The notes beneath the pieces were generated by a model. It had not been told where the DNA came from, made no database searches, and saw only the letters and a list, made by a program, of their open reading frames with translations. A program made the position numbers and the translations under genes. Shown one piece after another: positions 58,666-64,000 of a stretch of DNA of 64,000 bases; the stretch's first letter is position 1; each line of letters starts with the position of its first letter. Source of the DNA: a virus (Duplodnaviria; Caudoviricetes); the IMG/VR virus record IMGVR_UViG_3300031746_000008, positions 17,725 to 81,724 of that record; one strand, 5' to 3'.

Positions 58666-59792
58666 TAGTCTATGCGTATGTTTGTGGAGACATAGTTCAT
58701 TATGGACATGTGCTTCATTTAAAAAATGCTAAAGCTTTGGGAGACATATTGGTTGTTGGGGTTTTAACAGACGAAGCAATAATGGAGAGAAAGAATCCTC
58801 CGATTATGTCAATGGACGAAAGAGTTAGGGTAATAGAATCCATAAAATATGTCGATTTGGTAGTTTGCCAAGACACATACTCTCCTGTTAACAACATATT
58901 ACATATAAAACCAGATGTTGTCGCAGAAAGTGAATCTCATGACGAAGAGCTTAGACATGTTGTTAAATCCAGTATTCCATCTACCACAAGGATCGTTACA
59001 TTACCATATTACAAGGGCGTCTCTTCTACAGAAATAAAAAAGAGGGTTAAAAATGTAAATCATGTTATTAATATGCTCAATCCATGGTATTACCCACTAG
59101 AAATAGGCGGGGAAACAGTTGTTCCAGGCATTGGAACTTCTCGATCTCCACAAGAATTATCCGTAAGAAACAAATACAGGGAGAACTTACTGGTTGACCA
59201 AGTAGTAGATAAATATGACTTCAAAGGTAAAAGCATATTAGACGTTGGATCTAATGTTTCTTATTGGGGTTCTAGATACGTAAGATATGGTGCAAAAAGT
59301 TTAACCGCACTAGAAGGAAGAAATAAATATATTCTTCAGGGTCTCCTATATTGGAGTTCTAATCAGTTCTTACCAGAAGACAATTATGAATTTGTTAATT
59401 GTGACATTCTTGATCCTGTCTTTTGGCAAAAAACTATGTCGGAAAGAAAGTTTAATTTTGTGATTTGCGCAGGAATTTTACATCACATAGAAGATCACGA
59501 TTTTCTTATTGATAAACTCATCGAGTCTAGCACAGAAGCGGTTTTAATAGATACTAAGATTGGTACAAATGTATTCAAACCTAGAACAGATATATTTTTT
59601 GGCAACATTGATACACATCTAAATCTAAAACTACCGGATATAAATCATATTATCAAGAAATTCGAAAACAGCGGATTTAAAGCCCACCAACTAACACCAT
59701 CTTCGTCATGCTCTTCTGTTATGAGAGCAGAGGACGATTATTGTAATGGAAAAAGGGCTGCGGTTTTATTTATAAGGGAAAAACATGCTTAG
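58593..59792 (+). CDS. cytidylyltransferase fused to a class I SAM methyltransferase
   Basis: DIVHYGH, LVVGV.TD, YVD.V, SST.I; then ILDVGSN, EGR, GILHH. Confidence 0.85.
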   Translation: MENPSNSMALCEKSEVLKEQTAPVVVYAYVCGDIVHYGHVLHLKNAKALGDILVVGVLTDEAIMERKNPPIMSMDERVRVIESIKYVDLVVCQDTYSPVNNILHIKPDVVAESESHDEELRHVVKSSIPSTTRIVTLPYYKGVSSTEIKKRVKNVNHVINMLNPWYYPLEIGGETVVPGIGTSRSPQELSVRNKYRENLLVDQVVDKYDFKGKSILDVGSNVSYWGSRYVRYGAKSLTALEGRNKYILQGLLYWSSNQFLPEDNYEFVNCDILDPVFWQKTMSERKFNFVICAGILHHIEDHDFLIDKLIESSTEAVLIDTKIGTNVFKPRTDIFFGNIDTHLNLKLPDINHIIKKFENSGFKAHQLTPSSSCSSVMRAEDDYCNGKRAAVLFIREKHA

Positions 59793-60681
59793 TAGAGAAG
59801 AAAAAAGAAAAAGAAGAGAAGCTGGTGACATCTCACAGGAAAATCCTAAAATATTACCTTTGCCAGAACCATTGCTTCCACCGCAACCATTACAACCACC
59901 ATTACCCCCACAGGAACTTGTTAAATTGCGTGGGTCATTAGACGATGTTACACTTATAATTAAAGCTTTTGAAAGACCGTTGTGTTTAGATAGACTTATT
60001 AAAAGTATTGATCAATTTTACCCAAATATTAAAATTATTGTTGCTGATGATAGTAGAGAAATATTCTCAATTTCAAGAAAAAACTTTTCTCGTATCGTGT
60101 TACCATTTAATACTGGAATTTCTTATGGAAAAAATCGGGCATTATTTGCGGTCAAAACTCCGTATGTTGTTGTCTTGGACGATGATTTTATTTTTACAGA
60201 AAAAACACAACTGGAAATATGGTTAGATATATTAGAAAGTTCAAGTATAGATTTGGTTGGAGGGGATGTGCAAGGATTTCCCCATTACGAGGCTTGTCTT
60301 AACGAGGAAGAATTTAAAAATGGAATAGTACATTTCGAGAAAAAGAACAAGGGAAATGAGTATGGATGTCCATTATTTGATATAACCCTGTCGTTTTGGA
60401 TGGGCAAAACAGAGGCAATTAAAAAGTTCGGTGCGTGGGACGATGAATTTAAAGTGGTTGAACATAGCGTATTCTTTTTAAGAGCTTTTAACAAAATAAA
60501 AATTGCTTATTGCGATAGAGTTAAAGTAGATCATTCCCATACTAGAAAAAATTCATCTGAAAATTATGAAAAACTTAAAAATGAAAAAGCAAATTATTTT
60601 TTCAATTTAATACTAGAAAAATTTAATTTACAAAAATTTATCGGACCCACCGGAAATACGCTTTCTAGGAAAACAAAATGA
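59785..60681 (+). CDS. GT2 glycosyltransferase with Pro-rich N-terminus
   Basis: IK.FERP, IVADDS, G.S.GKN, LDDD, WD..K..EH..FF. Confidence 0.85.
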   Translation: MLSREEKRKRREAGDISQENPKILPLPEPLLPPQPLQPPLPPQELVKLRGSLDDVTLIIKAFERPLCLDRLIKSIDQFYPNIKIIVADDSREIFSISRKNFSRIVLPFNTGISYGKNRALFAVKTPYVVVLDDDFIFTEKTQLEIWLDILESSSIDLVGGDVQGFPHYEACLNEEEFKNGIVHFEKKNKGNEYGCPLFDITLSFWMGKTEAIKKFGAWDDEFKVVEHSVFFLRAFNKIKIAYCDRVKVDHSHTRKNSSENYEKLKNEKANYFFNLILEKFNLQKFIGPTGNTLSRKTK

Positions 60682-61445
60682 TTAAATCTTCTGATTTTGA
60701 CTGGGATATAACAAGAAAAGATTTAGTTATATTAATACCCAATTTTAAAAGGGCGGATTACATACAAAAAACAATAAACAATTTAATTAAAACATCTATC
60801 CCAAGAGACAAGTGGGTCGTTTTAGTTATTAATGATGGGTTCCATGAATCATTTGAAGATTTGCAAGACAAGAATGTCTACTATTTTACGTTTGAAAGAT
60901 CCCCCCTTGTCGAACGTAATGGTGCTTTTATACGTAATATAGCCATAAAACGTTGCCAATGCAATTTATTGGCGCAGAAAGATCCAGAGGTTTTGTTTAC
61001 AGGAGATTTTATTGCGGGATGCTTTAATAATTCAAGTGTTTTATATAGATGTGGAGGAATAGCGCATTTAACAAAGCAAGACCAAAAACATAAGTTTTTC
61101 AATGGAGTCATAAATGAAAAGGAATTGGCACAAATATCTGTAAAATTTCCTATATTAGAAAATCAATACGTATATTTCCATTACGGCCATTGCGTATCAA
61201 TAAACTATTTTAGAAAGATAAACGGCTATGATGAAGATTTTACGTCGTATGGCCCAGAAGATCACGATATGTATGACAGATTATTGGGATGCGGACTTCA
61301 ACCATTCTTCGATAAACAATGTAGCCCAATTCATTTATATCACGGGGTTCCAAATACCAGCCACGAAGAAATGAAAAATGTATATAAACAAAAACAAAAA
61401 GAGGGTATAATAAGAAATATTGGGATAAACTGGGGAGAGGGATAA
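60678..61445 (+). CDS. glycosyltransferase (GT2/GT7-like), paralog 2
   Basis: PNFKR, INDG, KDPE, GYDEDF.SYG.ED. Confidence 0.8.
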   Translation: MIKSSDFDWDITRKDLVILIPNFKRADYIQKTINNLIKTSIPRDKWVVLVINDGFHESFEDLQDKNVYYFTFERSPLVERNGAFIRNIAIKRCQCNLLAQKDPEVLFTGDFIAGCFNNSSVLYRCGGIAHLTKQDQKHKFFNGVINEKELAQISVKFPILENQYVYFHYGHCVSINYFRKINGYDEDFTSYGPEDHDMYDRLLGCGLQPFFDKQCSPIHLYHGVPNTSHEEMKNVYKQKQKEGIIRNIGINWGEG

Positions 61446-62141
61446 GTGAATAAGAAAGAGAATATCGGTGTGAAAGTAATGAAAAATGAAATTTATAAAG
61501 ATATTTATAAATATGAAAATTTATATGAAGCATCCAATTTTGGTAATATAAATTCTATAAATTGCAAAGGAAAATCCACAGAAGAAATAAAACAAATAAT
61601 ATGTGCAATAAATAAAAAAGAATCAAGATATTCAGTTATTAAAAGATTCAATATTAGTCAATCATTTTATTTTAATTTGCGGAATAATTCACAAAAATAT
61701 TTAAATAAAAAGAGAGTATTAAAACAACACATAGGTAATCATGGATATTTGTATGTAACATTATGTAAAAATAAAAAACATAAAAAATTTCTAGTCCATA
61801 GGTTGGTTCTTGAAGCCTTTATTGGTCCCTGTCCACCGGGAATGGAGGCTCGTCATTTAGACGGGAATAAATTAAATAATAATATAAATAATTTAGAATG
61901 GACTACCCGATCTATAAATGCCAAAGATAGAGTAAAACATGGAACAAATAAGATACATTTATTTAAATCTGATTGCCGTGGTAGCAAAAATGGAATGTCT
62001 AAATTTAATGACAACGATATTTTAAAAATTAGAGAAATGCATGAAAAGGGTATAACTGGGTATAGAATAGCCAAAATTTTTGATGTTAGCAATTCGTGTA
62101 TATATAAAATCCTAAATAAACAAAGTTGGAATCATATATGA
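61446..62141 (+). CDS. NUMOD4-HNH homing endonuclease
   Basis: EIYKDI..YE.LYE.SNFG, VHRLV.EAF, HLDGNK.NN..NNLEW. Confidence 0.88.
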   Translation: MNKKENIGVKVMKNEIYKDIYKYENLYEASNFGNINSINCKGKSTEEIKQIICAINKKESRYSVIKRFNISQSFYFNLRNNSQKYLNKKRVLKQHIGNHGYLYVTLCKNKKHKKFLVHRLVLEAFIGPCPPGMEARHLDGNKLNNNINNLEWTTRSINAKDRVKHGTNKIHLFKSDCRGSKNGMSKFNDNDILKIREMHEKGITGYRIAKIFDVSNSCIYKILNKQSWNHI

Positions 62142-62929
62142 TTAATTTCGATTGGTCTCAAACAAATGTGGAACTATTATTTTTAATACCCAACTTTAAA
62201 AGATCCATTTATATTAGAAAAACTCTAAACAATCTAATAGAAACCGATATTCCAAAAAATAAATGGTTAATATTGATTATAAACGATGGAATCCACGAAG
62301 ATTTTTCTGATCTTGCCGATAAGAATGTAACCTACTTTACGCTAGAGAGAAACCCCCCGGTTGAACGAGGCGGTGGATTTATTCGCAATATAGCAATTAA
62401 ATATTCTCAATCAAAAATGATCGCACAGAGAGATCCTGAGATTCTTTTTACTGGAGATTTCATTAAAAGATCTTTTGATCATCAAGATGTTTTATATCGT
62501 TGTGGCGAATGCTCATATTCTTGCACAAAAAATGATACAGATTTATATTTTAATAATCAAATAGACATAAACGAATTACAAAGAAGAACCCCTGGACACC
62601 CAATTACAGAAGAGTACGTGTGTTGGCATTGGGGCCATAGCGCTCCTACGGAATGTTTTAGACAACTTGGTGGTTATGACGAAGATTTTAAAAGCTACGG
62701 CTTCGAAGACGCCGACATGTGGAACAGATTAATGAAAAGTGGATTAAAACAATATTTTGATAAAAATTGTCGCCCAATTCATCTGCATCACCCAAAACCA
62801 GATGTTTATGGCAACGATAAAGAAAAATATGAAGAAATGAAGATTTTATATAATAAAAAACGAGAGACGGGTATAATAAGGAATGTTGGGGTGTTGTGGG
62901 GTGAGGGCGATCCGGATTATTGTCCCTAA
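62126..62929 (+). CDS. glycosyltransferase (GT2/GT7-like), paralog 3
   Basis: PNFKR, INDG, RDPE, GGYDEDFKSYGFED. Confidence 0.8.
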   Translation: MESYMINFDWSQTNVELLFLIPNFKRSIYIRKTLNNLIETDIPKNKWLILIINDGIHEDFSDLADKNVTYFTLERNPPVERGGGFIRNIAIKYSQSKMIAQRDPEILFTGDFIKRSFDHQDVLYRCGECSYSCTKNDTDLYFNNQIDINELQRRTPGHPITEEYVCWHWGHSAPTECFRQLGGYDEDFKSYGFEDADMWNRLMKSGLKQYFDKNCRPIHLHHPKPDVYGNDKEKYEEMKILYNKKRETGIIRNVGVLWGEGDPDYCP

Positions 62930-63141
62930 AAATAAAAAATTGGAATTTTCAAATGACTAATGATTCACCAAATTTATATAATGAAATGGCTTTCGGAAGA
63001 GGGCAAAAAGATTTTCTTGATGGCAAGGGTTTAATTGCAAATCCCTATCCCAAAACACAAGAATCTGACTTCTGCGACTGGAGAATAGGATGGCAAATTG
63101 CTATGTGGGAAGATAAAATTAAAAAAAGAGATGAATCATAA
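62920..63141 (+). CDS. hypothetical protein (Rmf/CrpP-like NPY..W..GW motif)
   Basis: AF.RG...F..G....NPY.......W..GW. Confidence 0.55.
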   Translation: MSLKIKNWNFQMTNDSPNLYNEMAFGRGQKDFLDGKGLIANPYPKTQESDFCDWRIGWQIAMWEDKIKKRDES

Positions 63142-63791
63142 TGAAACCATTGGATTTGAGTAATAAAAAATTTAATAGATTAACTCCAATAAAAATATGT
63201 GGTAAAACCAAGGATAATAAATATGTTTGGTCTTGTAAATGTGATTGTGGCAATTTTGTAAGTGTAATAGGAAAAAATATTAAAAATGGTAATACAAAAA
63301 GTTGTGGTTGTCTAAGAAAAGAACAGTGTTATTCAAACGGCAAGATTTATAGCACAACACATGGCCTCACCAAAACAAAAATTTATAAAATATGGGATGG
63401 TATGATTCAAAGATGCACGAATTTTAATTGTGAAGCATATAAAAATTATGGTAAACGTGAAATTATTGTTTGTGAACGATGGTTAAAGTTCGAAAATTTT
63501 TATAAAGATGTGGGAGATCCCCCAAAGGGGTTAACCCTAGATAGAATTGACAATAACAAAGGATATTTTCCCGATAATTGGAGGTGGGCCACAAGAAAAG
63601 AACAAGCGAACAACAGAAGAAATAATCATATAATTCCATATAATGATAAAAAATATAATATTACAGAATTAGCAAGAAAACACAATATTAGTCCAGAAAT
63701 ATTAAGGTACAGATTAAATCGTGGTCAATCCACAGAAGATGCCTTAACAAAACCTGTTAGAAAATATAAAAAGAGACAAAATAATGAATAA
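63141..63791 (+). CDS. HNH-type homing endonuclease (DLTGQRFG family)
   Basis: CKCDCG, SCGC, LDRIDNNKGYFPDNWRW. Confidence 0.85.
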   Translation: MKPLDLSNKKFNRLTPIKICGKTKDNKYVWSCKCDCGNFVSVIGKNIKNGNTKSCGCLRKEQCYSNGKIYSTTHGLTKTKIYKIWDGMIQRCTNFNCEAYKNYGKREIIVCERWLKFENFYKDVGDPPKGLTLDRIDNNKGYFPDNWRWATRKEQANNRRNNHIIPYNDKKYNITELARKHNISPEILRYRLNRGQSTEDALTKPVRKYKKRQNNE

Positions 63792-64000
63792 CCTAATAAT
63801 TTTAGGAACGGGGCGCTCCGGTACTTCAATGGTTGCGGGGGTAATCGCAACTGCTGACCGAAAGTATAATCTTGGCGGAAAATCGCACACCCCAGATAAA
63901 TTTAATGAAAAAGGATACTTTGAAACAGGAATAGTTAATGGTTTAAACGACGATATTTTATGGTCATGTCCAAAAACAGAAACAATAAAAAGCCGTGTAA
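63784..64000 (+). CDS. sulfotransferase-like protein (partial, runs off window end)
   Basis: MNNLIILGTGRSGTSMVAG (PAPS-binding loop), NEKGYFE. Confidence 0.75.
   Translation, partial: MNNLIILGTGRSGTSMVAGVIATADRKYNLGGKSHTPDKFNEKGYFETGIVNGLNDDILWSCPKTETIKSRV

Noticed and set aside
59855-59915. Short (A)CCATT-type repeats
   Set aside because: They encode a Pro/Leu/Gln linker in the glycosyltransferase; not an array
1-61446. In-frame TAA followed directly by a start codon (519/520, 2376/2377, 4578/4579, 26714/26715, 42717/42718, 51399/51400, 61445/61446) as stop-codon recoding
   Set aside because: Proteins on each side look complete; conserved long genes contain no internal TAG/TGA; best explained as tight translational coupling
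426-62092. Many - strand ORFs in the track (for example 426-731, 4476-4802, 38438-38911, 57143-57733)
   Set aside because: Antisense shadows of AT-rich + strand genes; recurring HPQL motifs are the reverse complement of SCGC codons
1-64000. tRNA or rRNA genes
   Set aside because: No T-loop/cloverleaf or rRNA-like sequence recognised by eye; tRNAscan-SE would be decisive

Overview
AT-rich, densely coding, almost entirely + strand segment of a large tailed-phage (jumbo-type) genome in the standard genetic code. It carries nucleotide metabolism genes (IMPDH/GMP reductase, ThyX, dCMP deaminase, class II RNR, dNMP kinase, MazG-like), replication and recombination genes (DnaB, DnaG, an N-terminal-half DnaE, RecA, ATP-dependent ligase, RNase H, PD-(D/E)XK nucleases), an RNA repair pair, a sigma factor, proteases and a glycosylation cluster at the right end. 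No virion structural genes, tRNAs or CRISPR arrays were seen. The window is heavily parasitised: about 18 free-standing HNH/GIY-YIG endonuclease genes plus 3 stubs, 3 inteins and 2 IS200/IS605 elements (the only convincing - strand genes). Best leads: a candidate phage histone-fold protein, an orphan BrxL without the Lon domain, an acidic catalytically dead derivative of the local HNH family, an HNH gene flanked by a duplicated guaB/guaC N-terminus, GIY-YIG::HNH double-nuclease fusions, a Ycf46/DUF3150/DUF1257/DUF2997-like module and an intein-less split DnaE. Family assignments come from motif recognition by eye, not from database searches.
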